Assembly: GCA_038087875.1 (NCBI GenBank) | Contig: CM075993.1 | Location: 3,722,001 to 3,786,000, forward strand | Origin: Malacoraja senta | Taxonomy: Eukaryota | Direction of reading: 5' to 3' | DNA: 64,000 bases | Shown here: positions 12,597 through 25,069 of the stretch, piece after piece | How the letters are laid out: each line of letters opens with the position of its first letter | Numbering within the stretch: the first letter of the stretch is position 1 | Notes under the pieces: model-generated | Seen by the model: the letters and a program-made list of their open reading frames with translations, nothing else | Told to the model about the DNA's origin: nothing | The model's database searches: none | Made by a program: the position numbers and the translations under genes

Positions 12597-14583
12597 GTAA
12601 GTATTAAATAACAATTCATACATTCCATAGTTTCAATAGGTTTACAATGGAGAATTCTCCTGTGCTTCATTTAATTCACATAACTTCACCATGTTCCAAA
12701 AGTTACATTTGCCAACCAGAAGAAAGTTTCAGATGTGTAATTTCTTCAGCATTTTTGATCTGACAAACTCTAGTTGATAAATAAAAAGATTAATACAAAT
12801 AGTCATGTAACTACCTTAGAATTGTTTGCACTAGCCCTATTTGCAATAAATTTAGAGCTGACTTAAAATGCCTTTCATCATTTAGAGTTTTGCGTGGAAC
12901 TTGCTGATACACGCCCTTCGGCCCAACTTGCCCATGCTGACATTGTCGCCCCATCTACGCTAGTCTCACCTGCCCGCATTCGGGCCATCTTTAAACCTTC
13001 CGATCCATGTTCCTGTCCAAGTGTCTTTTTTATCCTTTGTCTCTTAGTTTTACATCAAAGCTGTCTAATGAAATGGATTAGACAGCGCCAGAGGGAGGGG
13101 TAAAGATGAATATAGTCAAGAGAGAGAAGTTCAGAAGAGAGAATGGGACAGAAGTGTGTGTGTTGATAGAGTGGAATGAAGGAGGAAGAGAGAAGGAATG
13201 GGCGAAACATAAGGATGGAGTTAATGCTTGGGTTATGTTTGTGCATCAAGTTTTGATGTTCTGAGGTTTAGAGATGCAGCATGGAAACAAGCCCTTCGGT
13301 CCACCGAGTCTGCGCTGACCATCGATTCACACTAGTTTTATGCTATCCCATCCTACACACTAGGGACAATTTACAGAAGCCCATTAACTTAAAAACTTAC
13401 ACATCTTTGAAATGTTTAGACTTCAGATTTTACAGTGTGGAAACAGACCCACAGTTGTTTTTTGCAGACTGGTGGTCAATGTGGTGTGAGGATAAATGCT
13501 TGGACTAACTTTCTCAATCTGTATTAGTGACTCTGGATATGCATCTCACTGAGTGCTTCACTTCCGTAGCTGTCAAACAGATTGATATTTTTGCAGCAGT
13601 TTGAATTAATTTTTACATTTGTAGACAACACAGCTTGGAAACATAGTAAACAGAATAAATAGATTGCAAGTAAACAAAATGAGCCCGCAAGTTACAGAGA
13701 AATGTAACACATACTGTAGAAGTGTGAAGTGATACTCATGGTAAAAGCTTAGGGAAAGGAAGTATCAACTAATTGGCACAATGACCTGGTGTATAAGTGG
13801 ATAAGTCCTTGAAAGTGCCAAATTGGGAAAGCAGATGGGATCTTGGGATTCATAAATAGCGACACTGAGTACAAACTCAAGTAAATTATATTAAACCTGT
13901 AAAATAAACATTGGTTACATCACAACCAAAGTGTGGTATCCAAAACTTATCAGTTAACTGTCAGAAGGATGTGATAGTCATAGAGAGGGTGGGAAGATTA
14001 TGATTTTTTTAAGGCAGTGGATATGTTATTAGTAAGCAAGAGGGTGAAAGGCAGGAGTTGAGATCACAAGTAGACCTGCTACATGATTTGTATGCTTGAT
14101 TTTAAGGATGAAGTATTTACTGTAAGAGTGAAGAACAGGACTTCACTGTTCTTTACTGAAGAACAGGACTAACTGGTTCTCTTAGTGACGTGCTTCTAGC
14201 CATAGGCATGACTTCAAACAGAAGCTTACTGTCAGTATGATTTGAAGACTGGCAAGTTGAAGATTTTAATTTAACAATAGCTTTGCACCTGAATTGAAAG
14301 AAAATTGGCTCATGGGCTAAATGAACAACGATTCTAGGAAATCACCCATTTGTCCTAAACTTTCTTTTGCGTGATGCCATTTTCTTAAACCAAATGTGAA
14401 ATACTTTGGAAGTCTTTTTTTTGTGTTGCTTTTATTGAAGGCCCTCTGTATCTGTTGTTATTTCATTGTGAAGATAATCTGTAGTTCAAGTGTGATAAAT
14501 GGAAAATAATCAAGATGAAATAATCTCTCCACGGCAATGTGAAGTTATACATTGTTCTCTTTCCTTGGTTCTTATTGACCTAG

Positions 14584-14749
14584 GTGGCCTGTGGCAATTG
14601 ACATGTTGGCTTCAAAGAGGATTGATGTGAAGTCTCTGGTCACTCATCGCTTTCCCTTGGAAGAAGCTATCAAAGCTTTTGAAACAACAAAGGAAGGTGT
14701 GGGAATCAAGATTATGCTGAAATGTGATTCCAGCGACCAGAATCCCTGA
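14584..14749 (+). CDS. SORD: SORD-like copy A, terminal exon 9 to TGA
   Basis: acctag| acceptor. [54 protein letters not shown], a canonical SORD-type C-terminus. Confidence 0.95.
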
Positions 14750-14959
14750 AAACTGTTTTGTGTATTTGCTTATAGTTATTACTATTTGGCAGTCAATGAC
14801 TGATTTGAAATTGGGAAAGGTATTACAAAGGTGATTTCGCAGATAATTAAGCACGTAATGTACAAATGACCCTATTAGTTATACATTTATGGTTACTTTT
14901 ATTTTAATACATGCAAAGTAAATCGGGGATCTCAGTTTAGATACCATAGCACCCATTAA

Positions 14960-15870
14960 ATAATGTTCTAAACTCCTCTTCCTGAACGGTCTCTTGAATG
15001 ACCTAATTCCTTGACGTTTCTGGCTAATATCCATACAAGAAATCTACAGCTGGGGCAGATATCAATGGGTTGGGAAAATGGATTGATTGGATTCCCGCGT
15101 CCTTCTGCTCTTGGCACTTTGCCTCCACCTGGTTCCATTGGAGAGATACAAAGTGCTTGGAGTCTTCCTGTATGCCTCTCCATCATTTTGGGAGGCTTCT
15201 GGCCAAAGATTCCCATGAATGTGTGAGGCTGTTTCCATTTTTTTTCCAGCAAGCACTGAGAACATCCTTGAAACATTTTCGCAGTTGTGATCGAGATGGG
15301 GGTAGAGTGCTTGTTTTGGGTATCTGGTGTCAGGCATTACTTGATGTGTCCCTCTCACTCGAGCTGGTTGAACATGATCGGAAACATAATGCTGGAGAAG
15401 TTGGCTTGACAGAATCCATTGACAATGGATTTGAAGATTTGTGGAGGAAGCATTTAAGAAGGAACTGCAGATGCTGGAAAATCGAAGGTACACAAAAATG
15501 CTGGAGAAACTCAGCGGGTGCGGCAGCATCTATGGAGCGAAGGAAATGGGCAACGTTTCGGGACGAAACGTTGCCTATTTCCTTCGCTCCATAGAAGAAG
15601 GGTTTCGGGCCGAAACGTTGCCTATTTCCTTCGCTCCATAGATGTTGCTGCACCCGCTGCGTTTCTCCAGCATTTTTGTGTACCTGTGGAGGAAGCATTG
15701 TGTGGTACTTTGAATTGCTTGTTGCAATTTGTCTATATCTCCAAAGTAAACAGGAGTGTAGGGAGGAGCAATGTTTTCGGTAGACCGTAACATTGAGGCC
15801 AGGTTCAATGTCTTGATTTTCAAACACCCTGTACCGAATAGCAACCAAATGCACCCATTCTATAATGAAT
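14960..15870 (-). mobile_element. Decayed RTE-like LINE fragment interrupted by a Penelope-like insertion (15455-15684)
   Basis: Remnant peptides (MPDTRYPKQAL) resemble the RTE RT C-terminus. The insertion is flanked by duplicated TGTGGAGGAAGCATT. Confidence 0.55.
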
Positions 15871-16072
15871 GACAATTTAAATTGAGATAAAGGGTAGCTA
15901 CTTATAGTGGGGTCCAGATGTCACTGCAAATTATGTAAATGGAGTTATTTGCTTATGAAGTAACCAAACGCACAACTTGAACTTTGCTTTCAGCTTTTTT
16001 CTAGATCATGTACTATTCAGGCTCCTGAGTGGAAATTTTTATAATTTTAATGTAGCATGATGTAGCAATTCT

Positions 16073-16458
16073 TACTGTCTACCCTCGTTATTATGGACCT
16101 CGTTATAACCGATTTTGGTTATAGCAGATGGAGTGGCCCCACAGTAATCAAACGCCACTGTCTCCTGAAGAACACAAGCTGCCAGTTACACTGTGAAAGT
16201 TCATGGAAATTGACAAGCAATCGCTTCTTCGATCAATACTTGTGCAATGATACTCTATTGAACAATGTAACTAACAGCCTTTGGCACTTTAGCTTGCAGC
16301 AACCAAAATACATTTTTTTGCCGGTCTAAAGAACTTTGTGTTTGAAAACAACTTGTTGTTTCACGGAGTGAACTGTAGCTGGTTGGAGTGAATTCCTTAC
16401 TCGGTTATAGTGGGCAATCTGCAATAAGGGACACCATGGTCTGTTATAACGAGGGTTT
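16073..16458. mobile_element. Decayed pogo/Tigger-like MITE
   Basis: ACCCTCGTTATTA at the left end and TTATAACGAGGGT at the right end. Confidence 0.45.
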
Positions 16459-17472
16459 TGTGTGTTACAATTATGAAATTATGAGGGGAGAATCAGATTG
16501 GTCAAACAATGGAATTGATGTTTCAGCTTCTATGACATAATAATTGTAGAATATTGTCTCATAATTAATTTGAAGATAAAGTAAGAGAATAAAGATAATT
16601 TGTAAAGATAAATAACCTGGACTTTTATTTCTATGCCTTTGGTTCTCAATCACAACACATCTCTTCTGTATATAAACTTTCATAAAAAATGTATGAAATA
16701 GGAGCAGATGCAAGTCAAGATTCAAGAGAGTTTATTGTCATGTGTCCCAGATAGGACCCCTGACCCCTCATCTGACCCCTCATGTTTGCTGTGGCAAGGT
16801 GTAAGATCATAGCTGCCCTCTTACCTCCACGCTACTTTCCTGGATCAGCTCAATGTTCCTTAATTTCCTAAATAATCAGAGTCAATCTCTCTCTGATTGA
16901 ATATGCTCACTGGCTGAGCCTCCCCTGCTTTTATGGGGCAGGAATTCCAAACACTATCTACAAAATGCATCATGATTACTCACACTGGCAAACAAACAGT
17001 AACTTTCAAACTACCACCAAGAAGGACAAGAGCAACAGAAATACACGAACACCTTCACCTGAAGAGTGGATGCGCAAGAAGACAGCAGTTGCTGGGGAAA
17101 AAAAAGGTGTTGGAGGAACTCAACTGACCAGGTCATATCTGTGGTTGGAATGGACAGATGCATTTTAGGTCTTCTTCACCTGAAGACTTCTCTCCAAGTC
17201 AATCAGCGTCTTGAATATAATCGTCATACCTTTATCATTGTTGGATCTGAATCCTCAAACTCCAAACATTAACACTGAAAGACCTTCCATAGAGAAGTGC
17301 AATGGTTCAAGAAAGTACATTGTCTTCTAGTAAAGGGCAATAGAAATGGCAAGAACTTCTATCCCTACTACCTAAATCTCATGAATGAATTAAAAAGAGG
17401 AAGGGAATAAGAGAGTGATGAATCAGAGTAATGCCCAATTATATAGACACATAGATTCCTTCCTACAACATA

Positions 17473-19089
17473 CAGTGGCTTGCAAAAGTATTCATACCCC
17501 TTGAACTTTTCCACATTTTGTCACGTTACAGCCACAAACATAAATGTATTTTATTGGGATTTTATGTGATAGACCAACACAAAGTGGCGCATAATTGTGA
17601 AGTGGAAGGAAAATGATACATGGTTTTCAAATTTTTTTACAAATAAAAAACTGAAAAGTGTCGCGTACAAAAGTATTCAGCCCCCTTTACTCTGATACCC
17701 CTAAATAAAATCCAGTGCAACCAATTGCCTTCAGAAGTCACCTAATTAGTAAATAGAGTCCACTTGTGTGTAATCTAATCTCAGTATAAATACAGCTGTT
17801 CTGTGAAGGCCTCAGAGGTTTGTTAGAGAACATTAGTGAACAAACAGCATCATGAAGCCCAAGGAACACGCCAGACAGGTCAGGGATAAAGTTGTGGAGA
17901 AGTTTAAAGCAGGGTTAGGTTATAAACAAATATCCCAAGCTTTGAACATCTCACGGAGCACTGTTCAATCCATCATCCGAAAATGGAAAGAGTATGGCAC
18001 AACTGCAAACCTACCAAGACATGGCCGTCCACCTAAACTGACAGGCCGGGCAAGGAGAGCATTGATCAGAGAAGCAGCCAAGAGGCCCATGGTAACTCTG
18101 GAGGAGCTGCAGAGATCCACAGCTCAGGTGGGAGAATCTGTCCACAGGACAACTATTAATCGTGCACTCCACAAATCGGGCCTTTATGGAAGAGTGGCAA
18201 GAAGAAAGCCATTGTTGAAAAAAAGCCATAAGAAGTCCCGTTTGCAGTTTGCCACAAGCCATGTGGGGGACACAGCAAACATGTGGAGTAAGGTGCTCTG
18301 GTCAGATGAGACCAAAATTGAAGTTTTTGGCCTAAATGCAAAACGCTATGTGTGGCGGAAACCTAACACTGCACATCACCCTGAACACACCATCCCCACT
18401 GTGAAACATGGTGGTGGCAGCATCATGCTGTGGGAATGCTTTTCTTCAGCAGGGACAGGGAAGCTGGTCAGAGTTGATGGGAAGATGGATGGAGCCAAAT
18501 ACAGGGCAATCTTGGAAGAAAACCTGTTAGAGTCTGCAAAAGACTTGAGACTGGGGCGGAGGTTCACCTTCCAGCAGGACAACGACCCTAAACATACAGC
18601 CAGAGCTACAATGGAATGGTTTAGATCAAAGCATATTCATGTGTTAGAATGGCCCAGTCAAAGTCCAGACCTAAATCCAATTGAGAATCTCTGGCAAGAC
18701 TTGAAAATTGCTGTTCACAGACGCTCTCCATCCAATCTGACTGAGCTTGAGCTATTTTGCATAGAAGAATGGGCAAAAATGTCAGTCCCTAGATGTGCAA
18801 AGCTGGTAGAGACATACCCCAAAAGACTTGCAGAGGTAATTGCAGCAAAAGGTGGTTCTACAAAGTATTGACTCAGGGGGGCTGAATACTTTTGCACGTG
18901 ACACTTTTCAGTTTTTTATTTGTAAAAAAATTTGAAAACTATGTATCATTTTCCTTCCACTTCACAATTATGCACCACTTTGTGTTGGTCTATCACATAA
19001 AATCCCAATAAAATACATTTACGTTTGTGGTTGTAACGTGACAAAATGTGGAAAAGTTCAAGGGCTATGAAAACTTTTGCAAGCCACTG
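17473..19089 (+). mobile_element. Full-length Tc1/mariner DNA transposon, Passport-like, DD34E (1617 bp)
   Basis: TA|CAGTGGCTTGCAAAAG...CTTTTGCAAGCCACTG|TA; about 210-bp TIRs with inner and outer direct repeats; TA target duplication. Confidence 0.95.
17852..18871 (+). CDS. Tc1-family transposase, 339 aa, uninterrupted ORF
   Basis: Paired-like HTH, GRPP linker, WSDETK / QQDNDPKH / SPDLNPIE with 34 residues between the second D and the E. Confidence 0.95.
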   Translation: MKPKEHARQVRDKVVEKFKAGLGYKQISQALNISRSTVQSIIRKWKEYGTTANLPRHGRPPKLTGRARRALIREAAKRPMVTLEELQRSTAQVGESVHRTTINRALHKSGLYGRVARRKPLLKKSHKKSRLQFATSHVGDTANMWSKVLWSDETKIEVFGLNAKRYVWRKPNTAHHPEHTIPTVKHGGGSIMLWECFSSAGTGKLVRVDGKMDGAKYRAILEENLLESAKDLRLGRRFTFQQDNDPKHTARATMEWFRSKHIHVLEWPSQSPDLNPIENLWQDLKIAVHRRSPSNLTELELFCIEEWAKMSVPRCAKLVETYPKRLAEVIAAKGGSTKY

Positions 19090-22000
19090 TAGATATCTGG
19101 AATACCTTTGTTAATGACCATAAGGATGAGGCATGTTGTTGGGTTAAGTCACGGAAATCATTTCTCTTTTGAGCTTGGAACATGAAAATAATTAACAAGA
19201 AACCTCCAGTCATCAGGTAGTCTGCATACAATTTTAAACTGAGGAAAATGTATGGAACAAGCTGCCAGATGAGGTAGTTGAGGCTGGGACTATCCCAATG
19301 TTTAAGAAACAGGCAGGTACGTGGATAGGACAAGTTTGGAGGGATGTGGACCAAACACAAGCAGGTGGGACTAGTGAAGCTGGGACATGGCTGTGGTCTG
19401 AAGAAAGGTCTCACCCCAAAACGTCACCCATTCCTTCTCTCCAGAGATGCTGCCTGTCCCGCTGAGTTACTCCAGCATTTTGTGTGTAGCTGGGACATGT
19501 TGGCCGGTGTGGGCAAGTTGGGCTGAAGGGCCTGTTTCCACACTGTATCGCTCTATGACTAAAGTGGATTTTATGTTGGTGACAGAGGTGGAATTTCATC
19601 CATCTCAATGGTCATGGATAATTTTACTATGAACTGTAGTTCGGGGCAACCTTTACGGAAATATTATACTGTTCATCGAGTTAGGCAGGTTTAGCAATGG
19701 TGTGGTTGCACAAGTAAGAACAATGTGGTCTTGTGCAATGAAATGTATTGTACCTGTTGGATAGCAACTGCTGAACATGCAGGACAGCATCTAGAACCCA
19801 AGTTGTGCCCGGCAGTATGCTAGCTGACCTTGTGTTTGAACAGCATCGATCATGTGTGTGAGAATGAGTGTGTGTGAGAATGAGTGTGTGTTTGCGTGAC
19901 AAGTAATTACATTTAATCAGATTAGTATCTTTCTGCTAAATGGAGATAAATACATTTGAGTAAGAAAAATGCACTTTTATGTTGAGGTTATGGATTAGAA
20001 ATTGAGACATTAAATATAAACAAAAGAAGAATCTAATTTAAATATTCAGAGATAAATGTGATAATCTGCAGATTATTTGTCAAATATGATAATCAATTTT
20101 TCTATGAAGTAGCACAAAGCCATGGTAAAGAATAACCTAATATGTTCAGCTAAATCAACGCAATGAACTTGTGGTAGTAAAGAAATGTTGAAAGCCAAAC
20201 GGTGAGTATAAAAATATTGCATGAGTTCACTAGTAGTGCCTCCAGCGTGTATAAGTATTCATTTAAGGAGCTATGGCGTAAACAACATGTTTCTTAGAGA
20301 AATCAGGCAACCAATGCATTCAATTTGTTTTAGGTTTGAGTCAGAAACATGTGATAGTTTTGGGAAAATAAGGGGTTTGCTCTTTTCTCTCCCCCACCTA
20401 AGTCACAACACGAAGGTCTATTGACTGCTGTGTCTTCTCGTTGTAGAATCTAGTCACATCTATGTCAATTGGCACCTCGTGGTCTGGATTATAGCAGGCA
20501 GTACCAGCCCTCGTTACAGAGCACGTTACCTTGGCACAGCTGCGATTCCCTGGGATATGCAAACAGAGCAATGGGGACAGGGTTCTAGGAATTAACCTTC
20601 ACTTGATCTTCTCCATGGTAACAGCACAGCCAATGTACTAAGTAATTAAAACACAACATCGCACTTTCCTAATCCCTCACCGGGAACTCCTACCTCCAGG
20701 AAAAGGGAACACAAACAATTTGAGGAGGAGAATAAAAACAATGTCGACAAGTGTAGTTGATTAAAAATCTTTGGAAAATTGGCTCTACTGCCCAAACTCT
20801 ATTACAGATGTGAAACCCCACCAACAATGATATTTATATTAAATTACCCAGAGTTAATAATGTTTTGCTTTGGCGGTGTCCTTTTCACCTGTTTGTCAGC
20901 CTTCTGCTTCACCTGATACTCTACGGGGATGTTGATTTAGTATTGCTATTGGTTTTAACTGCATCACGTCACATGTAATGCAGTGTGTAAATCGGGGGCC
21001 GATCTTAACACGAGTACATCAAGTGATACAAGCAAGGGCTGCAGCCAGATACATTGTGTCAGAGGATAGCAGCTTCTTGTATCCGGAGGTATGTGCTTTC
21101 AAACTTTTGCTTTATGGGAGAGGGGAGAAGACTGTCGGGGCGTTTAACAGATTATGTTGGCTGCTTTCCTGAGTCAGTATGATGGGGGGGGTGGGGGTGG
21201 AGGCTGGTTTGTTTAGTTTTAGTTTAGTTTAGAGATACACCGGGTCCGCACCGACCAGTGCTCCCCGCACATTAACACTACCCTGCACCGACCTGGGGAC
21301 AATTTTTACATTTCCGTACAGACCGCAGTCGGGATCGAACCCAGGTCTCCGGCACTGCTTTCGCTGTAAGGCAGCAACTCTACCGCTGCGCGGGCTGTAT
21401 CAACGACTTTCTGCAATTACATGCAGAATAGCTGTCATTCCTTGCATTCCATGTTGCATCTGTAGAAATTGGTAAATGTCATTTGGTAAATGCTGAATTT
21501 TTGTAGCCTTCTGAGGAAGTCGAGGTGCTTTCTTGACTGTGTCGTTAATATGGTTGGGCCAGATCAGATTGTTGGTGATATTGACACTTTGGAACTTGAA
21601 GCTCTCAACCATCACCACTTCATCTTGTACACTTTAGTAAAATCACCTAACGCTCATCTATTCCCCAATGAACACAGCATTGTGGATGGTGCAGCTGTAG
21701 AGTTGCTGCCTTACAGCGCCGGAGACCTGGGTTTGATCCTGACTATACATGCAGTCTGTACAGAGATTGCAAACTCCCTGTGACAACGTGGATTTCCTCC
21801 CATATTCCAAGGATGTCCAGGTTTGTAGGTTAATTGGCTTCTGCAAATTGTCCCTAGTGTGTAGGATAGAACTAGTGTATGGGTGTTTGTTGGTCGGCAC
21901 GGACCCGGTAGGTGAAGGGCCTGTTTCCACCCTACATCTCTAAACTAAACTAAAACCTGAGTTGTTTAATCATTCCTCATGAAAACCTCATCATCCAATT

Positions 22001-22493
22001 CAATACATTTCTCCTTAAACAAGGACACCTACCTGCCCTTTGGTTTCCCATGTGTAAAAGTGATACAGAAATGTGATGAGACGCAAGAAGCGAACTGCTG
22101 GATAACTCAGCTGGCCAGGAGGCATCTGTGACGGAAAAGGATAAATAATGTTACAGGTGGGATCCACCTCCAGTTTGAGTGGATGCACATGGACTGAAGC
22201 TGAGTCCCGACCGAAATGCCATCGGTCCATGTCACTCCACAGATGCTGCCTGACCCACCGAGTTCCTTCAGCAGTTTGTTGCTTGCACAGAAATGTGACC
22301 AATGAACCTATGTATTGCAATAATAAATAGAATTAGTAAATAGAACAGCAAGTTCTCCAAATAGAGGCAAAGTTTGCCCAATATTGACAGAGTGATTGAT
22401 CAGTAGGATAACTGCTTTTAAACTTTCCTGAACAAGGCTACAGTCTTACAGAGGACTATTGATTACCTTTGATTGCAGACCGTGAAGCTGGAA

Positions 22494-22550
22494 ATGGCGC
22501 AGCAAGAGAATCTGTCAGTTGTGCTCCACGCAGCGGGAGATTTGAGACTG
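22494..22550 (+). CDS. SORD: SORD-like copy B, first coding exon (57 bp)
   Basis: gaaATGG Kozak context; MAQQENLSVVLHAAGDLRL then |gtaact donor, matching the SORD N-terminus (NLSLVVHGPGDLRL). Confidence 0.9.
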
Positions 22551-23883
22551 GTAACTTTATCCTGTTTTATACCTTGCATTGTATTTGTAGATTATTATGT
22601 TGGGTAAGCACTGTTTGTCTTGCTCAAGTGACAATTGATTCAATGAACATTCAGGAGCAGCCGTTGAGATGAAAGGAATTATCTATGGAGGAATCTATGG
22701 GGCACCCGGAGAAAACACACGGGAAGAACGTGCAAACTCCACACAGGCAGCACCTGTGGTCAGGATCGAACCCGGGTCTCTGGTGCTGTACGTGTGCTGT
22801 GTAAAACACACATATTACATGATATGGGGACAGTAATGTGAATTGTATCTGAACATAATGGGCTGAAACAAGTAGGCAGATAGTGCAATATTAGTCCACA
22901 TGGTTGACTGAAAGGAGGAAAGTATTAAATGGCAGGATAACAGATGATCTGTTTGGCCGTAACGTGGCAAGTACTGTCGAATCAGCAGGATGGCACAGCG
23001 CCAGAGACCCTGGAACAATCCTGACCACGGCTGCTGCCTGTGTGGAGTTTGTACGTTCTCCCTGTGATTTTCAACATGTTGAAAATCCAGCGTCGACCAG
23101 AACAAGGTACGACTCCTTGGGCGACTACTCACGACCATACAGGCTTCACCCCGCGACATGCCGTGAGTAGTCCCCTCAGTCGCCCAAAGAGTCGTGGTGT
23201 CTTTCTGGTCGCTGCTGGATTTTCAACATGTTAAAAAATTTCGGCCTATGACGGATGCTGGCAGTCGCCGAAAAAGTCGAGTAAGTGGGACAGGCCCATG
23301 AATTAAGGTAAAACATGAAGGGTCAAAAAATATAATTGAAAATGTAATTGATAGAACAATTAAGTGAGGGGAAAATGTCTTCCAGAGGCTGAATAGTTTA
23401 TATTTTAATTTATTCTATCTGTATTACAGGAGATTGTATATATTTTGTACTCTAGTTGTTAATTACTAAATGTTTTCCAAGAATCATGCTTGCATAGTAT
23501 TGGTCCTGTTTGATAGTCAATTCTGTGGAAGCCAATGAGGCTGTATATTGGGTGTGAACTGCCACACTCTTCTTTCATGTTCATCTTCCATGTTTCAAAT
23601 GTTGACATCGCTGTCATCACCCGTCCTGAAAAGGACGCTATCTTCCGGCGACAATCAGTGGGAGCCATCACTTGCTGCAATAGATGATTGTGGTAGCAGA
23701 ATTAGCTCGGGATACTTCTGAAGAAGGGTTTCGGCCCGAAACGTTGCCAATTTCCTTCGCTCCATAGATGCTGCCTCCACCGCTGAGTTTCTCCAGCACT
23801 TTTGTCTACCTTAGCTCAGGATACTTCCAGTTTCCAGCCCCGCGACATGGACGCTTCTGCTATGGGACCACTACCACACTATC

Positions 23884-24011
23884 AAAGCACCTGTAGAACT
23901 GAAGACTGCAACCATCGCATTCGAATCACTTTGACCAGACGGAATGTAAAATCACTTGAGATAGTTTGTGCTGATCTGATTGATGTTGCCAAAGATAAGA
24001 ATCTAAAAATC
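23884..24011 (+). pseudogene. RPS20: Processed pseudogene fragment of 40S ribosomal protein S20, in intron 1 of copy B
   Basis: KAPVELKTA/(frameshift)/[33 protein letters not shown] versus RPS20 [43 protein letters not shown]. Truncated and intronless. Confidence 0.85.
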
Positions 24012-24136
24012 AACTACAAAAGAGAACTACTGCACCACCCAGAAAAGAAAGAGCTTACACACATTATGTCTGCTCTGTGTCACATCTGTGAAGGATGAAA
24101 CCTCTGACTAATAAAGATCTCATGTTTTCTCCACAG

Positions 24137-24170
24137 GAGCAGCGGCCAGTTGCGGCACCAAGATCTCATG
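24137..24170 (+). CDS. SORD: SORD-like copy B, exon 2 (34 bp, GC donor)
   Basis: ttttctccacag| EQRPVAAPRSH(E) |gcaagt. 34 bp gives the phase-1 end required by exon 3. Confidence 0.8.
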
Positions 24171-25069
24171 GCAAGTTGTTTCACGTCAGCAATTTTGCTT
24201 TACACATGGTAGAGTCATAAAGCCATAGAGCACGGAAGCAGGCCCTTCAGCCCAACTTGTCCATGCTGACCAAGTTGGCCTATCTACATTAGACACATTT
24301 GTCAGCATTCGGCCTAAATCCCTCTAAATCTTTCTTAAATCCTTCTAAATCTTTCCAATCTAAACCTTTCCTGTCAATGCACTCGTCTAAATGTCCTTAC
24401 ACCCACCACCTGTGTGCAAAGGATTCCTCCCAGGTTCCCATTAAATATTTCCTCTCTCATGTTAAACCTAGGTCCTCTGCTTCTGATGCCCCTACTCTGG
24501 GTAAAAGACTCTGTATTTATCCCCTCATGATTTTATGCACCTCTATAAGATCACCCCTTATCCTCCCAAGCTCTAAGCAATAAAGTCCTAGACTGCCCAA
24601 CCCTCTCCCTATAGCTCAGGCCCTCGCATCCTGGCAACATCCTAGTGCTATATTAAGTATTTTTCAGACATGACAATATTTTTCAAATAACCTTGAGAAA
24701 CGAAACATGAATGAAAACAAGTCGATTTTTGTTGCAAATTAGATAGCTGTTGTACTTTTTACATCAACTCCACATCTCACAGCAATCCATGATGAGGAAG
24801 CCAGATACCTAGCAGTCCTAAGAAGGGTTTCGGCCCGAAACGTTGCCTATTTCCTTTGCTCCATAGATGCTGCTGCACCCGCTGAGTTTCTCCAGCATTT
24901 TTGTGTACCTAGCAGTCCTTCTCGGTCGGCCAGTTAAACTCCAATTTCTCCATAATTATCAAGCAATTGAGAGAATTGCATCAGAAATACAAGTTTAAAT
25001 CCCCATTAAAAGTTAAACCTCCTATAATGACTGAAGGGCTTAAATTGCAACCTATAGCATGCACCGAGT

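Noticed and set aside
21000..21095. GAG|GTATGT at 21088 as the donor of a 5' UTR exon of copy B
   Set aside because: The context resembles an antisense Rex-like LINE tail (similar to about 54640-54970); no independent support.
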